Shown: in pieces, positions 37,668 through 45,975 of the stretch
Layout: every line of letters starts with the position of its first letter
Numbering within the stretch: position 1 is the first letter of the stretch
From: an uncultured Oscillospiraceae bacterium
GTDB lineage: Bacteria > Bacillota > Clostridia > Saccharofermentanales > UBA5734
Reading direction: 5' to 3'
Assembly: GCA_964479435.1 (NCBI GenBank)
Contig: CAYZME010000003.1
Location: forward strand, 1-52,402
DNA length: 52,402 nt
The notes under the pieces: model-generated
What the model was told of the DNA's origin: nothing
Databases searched by the model: none
What the model saw: only the letters and a program-made list of their open reading frames with translations
Translations under genes and position numbers: made by a program

Positions 37668-37816
37668 AGATGCCGTCAGCGTAACAACCGGAGATTAAGG
37701 AGTCTGTCCGATCTTTCTTAAGAATTGTGTAAGCCGGGAGATTTAAGAAAAGCTTAAGAATCTCCCCCGGAGAATGACAAGAATCGCCCGTTATGATGGG
37801 TGTGTGAGGTGGAGCC

Positions 37817-38518
37817 ATGACCCATACCGTTCTGATCTGCGACGACGACCCCGATATCCTGGCGGCGCTGCGCATTTATCTGACAGCCGAGGGATACCGG
37901 TTGCTGGAAGCCCGCAACGGCATCGAGGCGATCGCAAGCGTACGGCAAAACGACGTGCACCTGGTGCTGCTGGACATCATGATGCCGCAGATGGACGGGT
38001 TGACCGCCATCCCGCGCATACGCGAACAGAGCAACGTGCCCATCATATTGCTGACCGCCAAAGGCGAGGACGGCGACAAAGTGCTGGGGCTGCAACTGGG
38101 CGCGGACGACTACATCACCAAGCCGTTTACGCCGATTGAGGTTCTGGCCCGCGTGCGCTCACAATTGCGCCGCTACACCCGTCTGGGCGGGCGTGTCGCG
38201 CGCCCCGACCGGTACACGGTGGGCGGGGTCGAGTTGGACGACACCACGCGCCAGGTAACCGTCGACGGCGAGCCGGTCGCCTTGACGCCGATGGAATTCG
38301 CGATTCTGCGGTTGCTGATGCAGAGCCCGGGGCGCGTATATGCTTCCGCGCAGATCTATGAAGCGGTTTGGAACGAAGCCGCCAACGGCGCGGTGGGGGC
38401 AGTGGCCGTCCATATCCGCCACTTGCGGGAAAAAATTGAAATCAATCCTTCGGAGCCGCAATACATCAAGGTGGTCTGGGGCGTCGGCTACAAAATGGAA
38501 AGTGAGAAGAGGACATGA
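37817..38518 (+). CDS. OmpR-family response regulator
   Basis: The receiver domain has DD..(x)..LVLLDIMMPQMDG and TAKGE. The C-terminal winged helix has YIKVVWGVGYKM. Confidence 0.9.
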   Translation: MTHTVLICDDDPDILAALRIYLTAEGYRLLEARNGIEAIASVRQNDVHLVLLDIMMPQMDGLTAIPRIREQSNVPIILLTAKGEDGDKVLGLQLGADDYITKPFTPIEVLARVRSQLRRYTRLGGRVARPDRYTVGGVELDDTTRQVTVDGEPVALTPMEFAILRLLMQSPGRVYASAQIYEAVWNEAANGAVGAVAVHIRHLREKIEINPSEPQYIKVVWGVGYKMESEKRT

Positions 38519-40410
38519 ATCGCTTCACAGGAAATCTGGCGGTCAAAACCGCGGCGGTCTTGCTGTTTGCCCTGGCCGTCGCGGCCTGCCTGACCAGTGC
38601 GGGTGGGGTGCTCTACCTGCATGAGCAGCAAAACTATGGCGAGGTCGATTCGTACTACCAAACATCCGACTGCGCCAATACGGCGATGAATCAGGCCGTC
38701 TGGGTGGTATGGGATTACCAGAGGGTGCATGAAGAAGGGGAAAGCCGCTTGTGGGAATACGAAGAGCAGGCGAGCAATTTTTCCTACACACTCGCCCGCG
38801 CCGCGTCGCCCGAGCGGATCCTGGAAAGCACGGAGTGGCCGGCGCAGGTCGGCTATGGTTCGGAAATGGTTGTCGGCGACTACATCATCCGCTACGCGGT
38901 CGCCGACCCGCTGGTGGCGCGGGATGCCTTCTGGCAACAGGCGCGGCTGTTTGACGCGCTGTACCCCTGGCGTTGGGCCCTGATCTGGGTGACGGCCGGT
39001 CTGGGCCTGCTGATCGTAATCCTGCTGGTTTTTATCCTCAGTGCCGCCGGCCGCCGCAGCGGCGTGCCGGGTGTGACACTCGGCCCCGTCCACCATGTTC
39101 CGCTGGACCTGATCGCCGGACTTGTGCCGCTGGCGGGGATGATTTTGTGGGGCGTGATCGACTACCGGGGGTTTTATGGCTGGGCGGATGCCGCGCTGCT
39201 CATCGTCGGGCTGACTCTGTTATCCCTGGTTGTATTGGGCTTTCTGGCGACATGGGCGGCCCGGATCAAGGCCGGGCAGTGGTGGCGCAACACGCTGATT
39301 TGGCGCCTCCTCCGTTTGGCCGGCACCGTGCTGCGCGCGACTGGCCGCGGGATTGGCGCTGCCGTCCGCCATATCCCCCTCTATTGGCGCGCCGCCGCCG
39401 GGTTTTGTCTGGTGGCGATCATCCAGTTTGCCCTGGCCCTTGCCGCGCCCAGGTCGGAACCGGCCATTCTGCTGCTCTTTCTGTTCAATCTGTTTTTACT
39501 GGCCGGGGTCTGTGTGGCGGCGGTCAACCTGCACATCCTGCAGCGGGCGGCCGCTCGGCTGGCGGCGGGCAAGGTCGGACAACCAGGCCTGGAGCAGGAC
39601 GCGCAAATCGGCAGCCGTTGGCTGTTCGGCGGTTTTCGCCGCCATGGCGAAAACCTCAACCGCATCCGCGAAGGGATGGCGCAGGCGGTGGAGGATCGCC
39701 TGAAAAGCGAGCGGCTTAAAACAGACCTGATCACCAATGTCTCGCACGACATCAAAACCCCATTGACTTCGCTGATCAATTACGTGGATTTGCTCAAAAA
39801 AGAAGAATTGCCCGGCCCGGCCGAGTCGTACGTGGAAGTCCTCGACAGGCAATCGCAAAGACTGCACAAACTGACCGATGATTTGCTCGAGGCCTCCAAG
39901 GCCTCGAGCGGAAACCTGGCCGTCGACCTGACGGCGGCGGATCTGGGCGAGATGGTCAATCAGGCGGTCGGCGAGTACGCCGAGCGCCTGGCGGCCGCCC
40001 GGTTGGACCCGGTGGTGGCGCTGCCGCCGGCCGGCGCGCCGGTGGTCGCCGACGGCAAGTTGATGTGGCGCGTCCTCGACAATCTGTTGAGTAACGCGGT
40101 GAAATACGCGATGCCGGGGACGCGGGTCTATTTTGACGTCGAACCGGACGCGGCGGGGGTTGTGTTGACGGTCAAAAACATTTCCGCGCAGCCGCTCAAT
40201 ATGGATGCCACGGAATTGATGGAACGGTTTGTGCGCGGGGATGCCTCCCGCGCGAGCGAAGGCAGCGGCCTGGGGCTGAGCATCGCGCGCAGCCTGGTCG
40301 AGCTGCAGCGCGGGCATTTTGAGATGTCCATCGACGGAGATCTGTTCAAGACCCGGATCCGCCTGCCCGCGGGGCGCGCGCCCGACCGGGCCGATCCGAC
40401 TCCCGCCTAG
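38515..40410 (+). CDS. Membrane sensor histidine kinase
   Basis: H-box VSHDIKTPLTSL, N-box LLSNAVKYA and G-box GSGLGLSIA. The N-terminal half has one span, a ~130-aa external segment and ~5 more spans. Its ATGA overlaps the regulator stop. Confidence 0.9.
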   Translation: MNRFTGNLAVKTAAVLLFALAVAACLTSAGGVLYLHEQQNYGEVDSYYQTSDCANTAMNQAVWVVWDYQRVHEEGESRLWEYEEQASNFSYTLARAASPERILESTEWPAQVGYGSEMVVGDYIIRYAVADPLVARDAFWQQARLFDALYPWRWALIWVTAGLGLLIVILLVFILSAAGRRSGVPGVTLGPVHHVPLDLIAGLVPLAGMILWGVIDYRGFYGWADAALLIVGLTLLSLVVLGFLATWAARIKAGQWWRNTLIWRLLRLAGTVLRATGRGIGAAVRHIPLYWRAAAGFCLVAIIQFALALAAPRSEPAILLLFLFNLFLLAGVCVAAVNLHILQRAAARLAAGKVGQPGLEQDAQIGSRWLFGGFRRHGENLNRIREGMAQAVEDRLKSERLKTDLITNVSHDIKTPLTSLINYVDLLKKEELPGPAESYVEVLDRQSQRLHKLTDDLLEASKASSGNLAVDLTAADLGEMVNQAVGEYAERLAAARLDPVVALPPAGAPVVADGKLMWRVLDNLLSNAVKYAMPGTRVYFDVEPDAAGVVLTVKNISAQPLNMDATELMERFVRGDASRASEGSGLGLSIARSLVELQRGHFEMSIDGDLFKTRIRLPAGRAPDRADPTPA

Positions 40411-40523
40411 TAATCGGCCATTTCCTGCCGTACGGATTTTTGGTTACAATAGAGCCAGCACCGCAGTGCCAGCGCACGTAGTGCGGGTTTTGGGTAACCT
40501 GGGTCAAAGGAGTACGGCAGGAG

Positions 40524-41402
40524 ATGGATTTTATCTTTTACGACCTCGAGGGCGAAAAACAAAGCGGTATCAATCACCGTTTTATTCAACCGCCGCAGAT
40601 TTCTTATTTTGTCACGACGGTGGACCGCCGGGGCAATGTCAACGTCACGCCGGTCACGATGGGGACCAGCTTCGCGCCGCCCTGGTATTACGTCTTTTGC
40701 TTGTCCAATTTGTTTGTGGAGAACTGGGACGGCGCGTATCAGGATGGGATCAAGCAGGGGAACATCAATCTGCAGGAAAATCCCGAGTGTGTGATCAGCT
40801 ATTACGGACACGATTTGCTGCGTGAAAGCTGGATCGCCGGGATGCCCATCCCCAAAGGGATCGACGAAATGGATGTGGCTGGGCTGACACCGCTGCCTTC
40901 GCGCAAAGTCACGCCCCCGGGAATCGCCGAATGCCCGGTCAACATCGAGTGCCGGGTGATTCATTCGCTGCGGGTGGGGACGCGCTGGACGCTGTATACC
41001 TGCGAGATTGTCGGCGCGTCGGTGCGCGCGGACGCGGTCGCCCGCGATCAGAACGAATTCCAGCAAATGGGCGTATTGGGCATCGACCCGTTGTTCGAAG
41101 TCAAAATTGCCAAGGGCGATACCGCGGACACGTCCGCGATGCGGCTGTATTACAGCCGCATGGGTTTTGACAAAATTGAACGCTGCCCCGAAGACGTGGG
41201 GTGCGAGGACGAGTGGATCGGTTCGTTTCAGCAATGGCTGGCCGACGAGACGCGCCGCGGCAAGATCAGCGAAGCGCAGCGGCAGGAGATCCTCGAGCTG
41301 GAGGCGCGCTGGGCAAGCGATCGCGATCCGGTGGCCAACCGGGAAGTACGGGACGCGTTGACGCGCAAACTCCGGGATCTGGTGCGCCAACCCGGTATGT
41401 GA
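40524..41402 (+). CDS. Flavin reductase-like (FMN-binding split-barrel) domain protein with C-terminal extension
   Basis: PPQISYFVTTVDRRGNVNVTPVTMGT resembles the flavin-reductase-like domain signature (..VST.D..G..N.AP.S.F). The extra ~90 aa helical C-terminus is unassigned. Confidence 0.65.
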   Translation: MDFIFYDLEGEKQSGINHRFIQPPQISYFVTTVDRRGNVNVTPVTMGTSFAPPWYYVFCLSNLFVENWDGAYQDGIKQGNINLQENPECVISYYGHDLLRESWIAGMPIPKGIDEMDVAGLTPLPSRKVTPPGIAECPVNIECRVIHSLRVGTRWTLYTCEIVGASVRADAVARDQNEFQQMGVLGIDPLFEVKIAKGDTADTSAMRLYYSRMGFDKIERCPEDVGCEDEWIGSFQQWLADETRRGKISEAQRQEILELEARWASDRDPVANREVRDALTRKLRDLVRQPGM

Positions 41403-41443
41403 GCACTGCGTAACTCACGCGTGAATAAGAAAGGGTGGTTGCA

Positions 41444-41968
41444 ATGAGCAAGGCGTTGATCGTGTATTACTCCTGGGTTGGCAACACCGCGGCGGTGGCC
41501 CGCCAGATCCAGGCCCGGACCGGATGGGATCTGCTGGCGATTGAAGAAAAGAAGCCCCGCAAACCGGGGGCGTACGCACGGGCGGCGCTGGCGGGCTTTT
41601 TTGGCATCGGCGGCGCGATTCAGCCGATGGACTTTGAAATGGCGGCATACGACCGCATTTTGCTGGGCGTGCAGATCTGGGCCGGCAAAACGCCGCCGGC
41701 GGTCACGCGTTTTCTCCGCCAGGCCGACTGGACCGGCAAGCGGGTATGGCTCTTTATCACCAAATCGGATGATTGCGTACCGCCGGCGTTTCTGCAGCGA
41801 CTGACGACACAAATCGAGCGGCGCGGCGGGCAGGTGGTCGACCACTTTGCCGTCACCACAAAAATAGATTCGGTGATCCCGGTGGAGGATTTTCGCGAGG
41901 CGCTGGATGGCTGGTTGGCAGCGCCGTCTTTTGCCGCCGCCCCCGGGGAGGCAACGGCCGCACAGTGA
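41444..41968 (+). CDS. Flavodoxin-like protein
   Basis: KALIVYYSWVGNTAAVARQI is a flavodoxin-type phosphate-binding loop. About 175 aa. Confidence 0.75.
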   Translation: MSKALIVYYSWVGNTAAVARQIQARTGWDLLAIEEKKPRKPGAYARAALAGFFGIGGAIQPMDFEMAAYDRILLGVQIWAGKTPPAVTRFLRQADWTGKRVWLFITKSDDCVPPAFLQRLTTQIERRGGQVVDHFAVTTKIDSVIPVEDFREALDGWLAAPSFAAAPGEATAAQ

Positions 41969-42019
41969 CCGCCCGGGGGAGCGAACTCCCCGGGCGATGG
42001 AAAGTGGAGGTGAACCGAC

Positions 42020-42601
42020 GTGTTGGAAAGCAAAGCCAGGCGGAGCCTGGTCCGGGCCGGTCAACGGATGTGCGCGCAGGGTTTCGCGGTCTCCAGCACC
42101 GGCAACATCAGCGTCCGCCTGTCGGCGGACGAAGTCCTGATCACACCGACGCGCAAACCCAAAGGCACCCTGGTGGAATCCGATCTGGTCAAAATCGACC
42201 TGTCGGGCAATGTCATTTCCGGCAGCCTGCAGCCGACATCCGAGCTGAGGCTGCACCTGGCGGTGTACTGGATCCGCCCGGACGTGGGGGCGGTGGTGCG
42301 CGCGCACCCCAGGGCCGCGTCGGCTTTTGGTCTGGCGGGCAAAGCGGACGGTGACATCTGCCTGCCGGCGTCCGAGTTTCGCATCGGCAGCGTTTGGACC
42401 GCCGAAACACCGCGCTTGACACTGGACGAGCTGCCCGCGGTCGCCCAACGGCATATTGCCGGATGCGACGCGCTGCTGATGGCCAACCACGGGGTTTTGA
42501 CCGTCGGCGCGGATATGCGCGAGGCGTTGTCGCGGATGGAGATGCTGGAGCATTTCGCCGCCATCAGCCTATCGGCGGCCTTGTTGGCAGACCTTTCTTG
42601 A
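42020..42601 (+). CDS. Class II aldolase/adducin-family protein (atypical metal site)
   Basis: STGNISVR, PTSELRLHLAVY and MANHGVLTVG align with FucA. The HxH motif reads RAH. GTG start lies 6 nt after GGAGGTGA. Confidence 0.8.
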   Translation: MLESKARRSLVRAGQRMCAQGFAVSSTGNISVRLSADEVLITPTRKPKGTLVESDLVKIDLSGNVISGSLQPTSELRLHLAVYWIRPDVGAVVRAHPRAASAFGLAGKADGDICLPASEFRIGSVWTAETPRLTLDELPAVAQRHIAGCDALLMANHGVLTVGADMREALSRMEMLEHFAAISLSAALLADLS

Positions 42602-43488
42602 ACCCGGACACGCACCGGCGGCCGGCGCCGGACCGGCCGCGCACATCGATCTATTTCTGGTTCGGCTACCGTCTCCCGCCGCGCGAACGGATGGAGCACA
42701 TCGCCCGGGCCGGATTTGACGCGGTCACATTGTGGTGGGACGATTCGCGCGCCGGTGGCGATGGCCAGCGGCGCCTGTCGGAACTGGCGCGGCAGAACGG
42801 TCTGGAGATCGAACACGCGCACGCGCCTTACGCGCACGCCAATGACCTGTGGCGCGGCCACGCGGCGGCGGACGCGCTGGCAGCGGTCTACACACGCGGT
42901 CTCGACGACTGCGCCCGGCACGGGATTCCGCTGTTGGTATTGCATGCCAGCCAGGGCGAAAACCCGCCGCCGGTCAACCCCGCGGGACTGGACCGCCTGC
43001 GGCGCCTGGTAGCGCACGCCGAACAGCGTCAAGTGACGATCGCTCTGGAAAACCTCAGACAATCGGACCATCTCGAACAGGCGTTTGCGGCGATCGATTC
43101 CCCCCGTCTGCGCTTTTGTTATGACAGCGGCCACGAAAACCACTACACTGGACAATGGGATCTGTTGGATCGGTACGGCGACCGACTGGCGGCGCTGCAC
43201 CTGCACGACAACTCCGGCCACCTGGACCAGCATTTGCTGCCCGGCGCGGGCACGGTCCCCTGGCCCTGGCTGATGCGGCGGATCGCCCGGACGGGATACC
43301 GCGGCGCGATCTCGCTGGAAGTATCCAATGTGGCCGCGGCGCGCTGGCGGGAGATGTCGGCCGAGACTTTCTTGCACGAGGCGTATCGCGCGGCCCACGG
43401 GCTCAGGCAGTTGCTGATGGAGAGTCTGGATGGGCCCGACGGCTTGCCGCGACCCGGCGAAGAGCCAAAACCCAGGCCCCCGATTTGA
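42598..43488 (+). CDS. Sugar phosphate isomerase/epimerase (xylose-isomerase-like TIM barrel)
   Basis: AGFDAVTLWW, LLVLHA, IALENL, FCYDSGHEN, LHLHDN and ISLEV are typical AP-endonuclease-2/XylA-like barrel motifs. TTG 42598 overlaps the aldolase stop (TTGA). The longer ORF from 42394 overlaps the aldolase gene. Confidence 0.75.
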   Translation: MNPDTHRRPAPDRPRTSIYFWFGYRLPPRERMEHIARAGFDAVTLWWDDSRAGGDGQRRLSELARQNGLEIEHAHAPYAHANDLWRGHAAADALAAVYTRGLDDCARHGIPLLVLHASQGENPPPVNPAGLDRLRRLVAHAEQRQVTIALENLRQSDHLEQAFAAIDSPRLRFCYDSGHENHYTGQWDLLDRYGDRLAALHLHDNSGHLDQHLLPGAGTVPWPWLMRRIARTGYRGAISLEVSNVAAARWREMSAETFLHEAYRAAHGLRQLLMESLDGPDGLPRPGEEPKPRPPI

Positions 43489-43519
43489 TTTTTTAGAAAG
43501 CAGAGGTGGAACCGGCGAG

Positions 43520-44878
43520 ATGAGTGATGTGACCGATCCCCCGCGCAAACCCGCTCAACCCGAAACCATGTCATCGGCTAGGGCCGCGCGCCCTGCCGTC
43601 ATGCGCGACGAACCGGAGCCGCAACCCGGCTTGCCGGACCACAAACCGCGGCGGCTGCCGGCGGGCGCCCGTTACGCGCTCGTTGCCTTGGCCGTCCTGG
43701 CCCTGCTGGCGGCGGGGGTTTTTGCCTACCGGGCTTTCAACCGGGTCGTGATCGCGGATTTGGCCGGCCAGACGCTGACCGCAACGCGCGCCTGGGCTTC
43801 TAAATCCCGCCTGGAACTGGATGTCCGCACGCGATTTGACATGCAGATCGGCAGCGACATCGTGATCGACCAGAGCATCGCGCCGGGCACAACCGTGCGC
43901 AAAAAGACGGTGTTGGCACTGACCGTCAGCAAAGGCCCCGACCCGGACGAGCACCTGCAACTGCCGGCCTTTTCGACGATGACCACCGCGGAAATCCGCG
44001 CCTGGATCGATGAAACCAAAGCGTTCAACGTCAATCTGGTGCAGCAATACAGCGAGACCGTGTCCACCGGCCGGGTGATCCGCGTCGAATTTGCCGACGC
44101 GTCGGTCCATGAGAACAATTTCACCCGCCGCGATTACCTGGCGGTGTATCTCTCGCGGGGACCGCAGCCGCCAAGTCAGGAGATTCTGGTCCCGGATTTT
44201 ACCGGCTACACCCGGGAGCAGGTCGCGGCCTGGCAACAGTCGCGCGATGTGCGCGTGATCCTCACCGAAACGGGGTCAGACGACACGCCGGCCGGCCTGG
44301 TGTTTGGCCAGGACATCCCCGCGGGGACGACGGTCGCGGCCCAGTCCGAAATACACCTGTCGCTGTCGCTCGGCCGGGGCGAGGAAATCCCGGATTACGC
44401 GGCCGTCTACGCCGATGACGCGATGGCTGTCAATCCGCGGATCGCGCTGGTGCTCAAGCAGGCCTACAGCAACGAAACACCTTACGGGCGGTTGATTTCC
44501 CAGTCGGCGCCGGCGGGCGAAACGCGTTACGGCGAAAACATCGCGGTCACACTGATCTATTCTCTGGGGCGCCCCTATATCGGGCAGTTGGCGGGGTGGA
44601 TGGAAAACGAGTTGCCCGCGTATTTTTTTGATTTTAACAGCAAAGGCTGCTCGCTGACGTACACGGTGGTCTATGTTGACTCGTACATCGAAAAGGGGAT
44701 GGTGGTGCGGACCAGCCGCTACAATGAGTACCTCTGGCTGGCGTCGGACGTGGAGATCCAGGTCAGCAAAGGCAATTTGCCGGTGCCGACCGAACCGACC
44801 TGGCCGCTCGAGACGATGGAACCGGTGCCGCCGCCGGAAACAGTGCCGCCCACACCGACCCCCGTGCTGGGCGACTGA
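43520..44878 (+). CDS. Membrane-anchored multi-PASTA-domain protein without kinase or transpeptidase domain
   Basis: A Pro-rich cytoplasmic N-terminus and one TM span (YALVALAVLALLAAGVF). Five ~65-aa repeats end in ..L.(V/L)S.G. (e.g. VVIADLAGQTL..VLALTVSKGP; ILVPDFTGYTREQV..IHLSLSLGRG). Confidence 0.7.
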   Translation: MSDVTDPPRKPAQPETMSSARAARPAVMRDEPEPQPGLPDHKPRRLPAGARYALVALAVLALLAAGVFAYRAFNRVVIADLAGQTLTATRAWASKSRLELDVRTRFDMQIGSDIVIDQSIAPGTTVRKKTVLALTVSKGPDPDEHLQLPAFSTMTTAEIRAWIDETKAFNVNLVQQYSETVSTGRVIRVEFADASVHENNFTRRDYLAVYLSRGPQPPSQEILVPDFTGYTREQVAAWQQSRDVRVILTETGSDDTPAGLVFGQDIPAGTTVAAQSEIHLSLSLGRGEEIPDYAAVYADDAMAVNPRIALVLKQAYSNETPYGRLISQSAPAGETRYGENIAVTLIYSLGRPYIGQLAGWMENELPAYFFDFNSKGCSLTYTVVYVDSYIEKGMVVRTSRYNEYLWLASDVEIQVSKGNLPVPTEPTWPLETMEPVPPPETVPPTPTPVLGD

Positions 44879-44890
44879 GGCTCAGTCGCC
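44870..44890. terminator. 21-bp perfect palindrome containing the stop codons of both convergent genes
   Basis: GGCGACTGAG-G-CTCAGTCGCC. Both genes end ..GGC GAC TGA (Gly-Asp-stop). There is no U tract, so terminator function is inferred only. Confidence 0.4.
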
Positions 44891-45838
44891 GCGCTCCCGC
44901 GGGATGGTGCAGCTTTTGCGCACCACCAAATGCGCGGGGATGGTCACATGGACCGGCGTCCGCCGCCCGTTGATGCGGTCGAACAGGACATTGACCGCCT
45001 GTCGCCCGGCTTCCCCCGGATCCAATTCAAACGAAGAGAGCGGCGGCGTGGCTTCGGCCGCCCGCGCGGTGTTGTCAAAGCTGAGGATGGACAGATCCTC
45101 CGGCACGCGCAACCCCGCCTCGGTGAACGCGCGCAGCGCGCCGGCCGCCAGCGCGTCGCTGGCGATCAGGAACGCGGTCGGCAGACGGCGGCCGCGGAGC
45201 ACAGCGCGCGCCGCCTGATACCCGCCGGCTTCGGACCAGGATGTGACCTGCACGCGTCGCGGGTCCAGTAGACCCGCGACCCGCATCCATTCGAGATAGG
45301 TGTGATGGCGGACGTCGAGCGAGGAGGACTGCCGTTGCGTGATGACGTCCAGGTCGCTGATCGGGCCGACCATCAGGCCGATCGCGCGGTGCCCCAGGGC
45401 GGCAAGCAGCGACAGGCCTTCCCGTGTCGCGCCGGCCATGTCGTTTTGCACCACGTCGATGTCGTGCTCGCGGGCGACGGTGTTTTTGAGAAAGACGATG
45501 TTATGGTAGCCTTCGCATACCGCCAATACCGGGCGCGAATCGATCGCGCCGATCGCGATCAGGCCGTCCAGATCCAGCGTGTCCCCGTGCCCGAGGGGCT
45601 CGCCCGGGCGAAACAGGCGGCCGACTGTCATGTCCAGCGCGCGAATCTGTTGTTCGACATTTTCCCGCATCAGGGTAAAAAAATCACTGCCGGCTTCTTC
45701 GTCCCATGAGTGCTTGCACAAAATGCCGATGCGGGGCCGATGGCTCGCCAAGGGTGTGCCGCTGCGCGCGGGGACGGCTTTCCGCTCCAAGATTTCAGAC
45801 CCCCTTTCGCCGGAATTGGGCGCACGGGGATTGTACAC
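44882..45838 (-). CDS. LacI-type periplasmic-binding-fold protein lacking the N-terminal HTH
   Basis: IGILCKHS.., LDGLIAIG, LGHRAIGLMVGP, TAFLIASDALAAGALRAFTEAGLRVPEDLSILSFDN and PPLSSFELD align with the LacI/GalR core. No helix-turn-helix precedes it. The start is uncertain: GTG 45838 lacks an SD, while TTG 45790 follows AAGGGGG. Confidence 0.7.
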   Translation of the reverse strand: MYNPRAPNSGERGSEILERKAVPARSGTPLASHRPRIGILCKHSWDEEAGSDFFTLMRENVEQQIRALDMTVGRLFRPGEPLGHGDTLDLDGLIAIGAIDSRPVLAVCEGYHNIVFLKNTVAREHDIDVVQNDMAGATREGLSLLAALGHRAIGLMVGPISDLDVITQRQSSSLDVRHHTYLEWMRVAGLLDPRRVQVTSWSEAGGYQAARAVLRGRRLPTAFLIASDALAAGALRAFTEAGLRVPEDLSILSFDNTARAAEATPPLSSFELDPGEAGRQAVNVLFDRINGRRTPVHVTIPAHLVVRKSCTIPRERGD

Positions 45839-45975
45839 TTGCGCCGCCGCGGCGGCAAATATAGGAGGTGTGCGGCGGGCCCAGGCGGCGCTTTGCGCGT
45901 GGGGCGCGTTTGGTTACAATGGGAACAGCACGTTTGATCGGCCCGATACGTGGGAATCGGGGGAAGGGGCGGCCC

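Noticed and set aside
37591-37875. 94-aa minus-strand ORF with a PVPDRRS-type repeat, and ORF 36367..37698 (+)
   Set aside because: The repeat peptide is simply the translation of the 4x18-bp palindromic DNA array in an intergenic region. The 443-aa plus ORF is antisense to the GT2 gene.
41228-43548. 441-aa and 495-aa minus-strand ORFs over the flavodoxin/aldolase/TIM-barrel genes, and the 364-aa plus ORF from 42394
   Set aside because: The minus ORFs are shadows. The 42394 start would overlap the aldolase gene by 200 nt in another frame with an Arg-rich, non-homologous N-terminus. TTG 42598 coupled to the aldolase stop is preferred.
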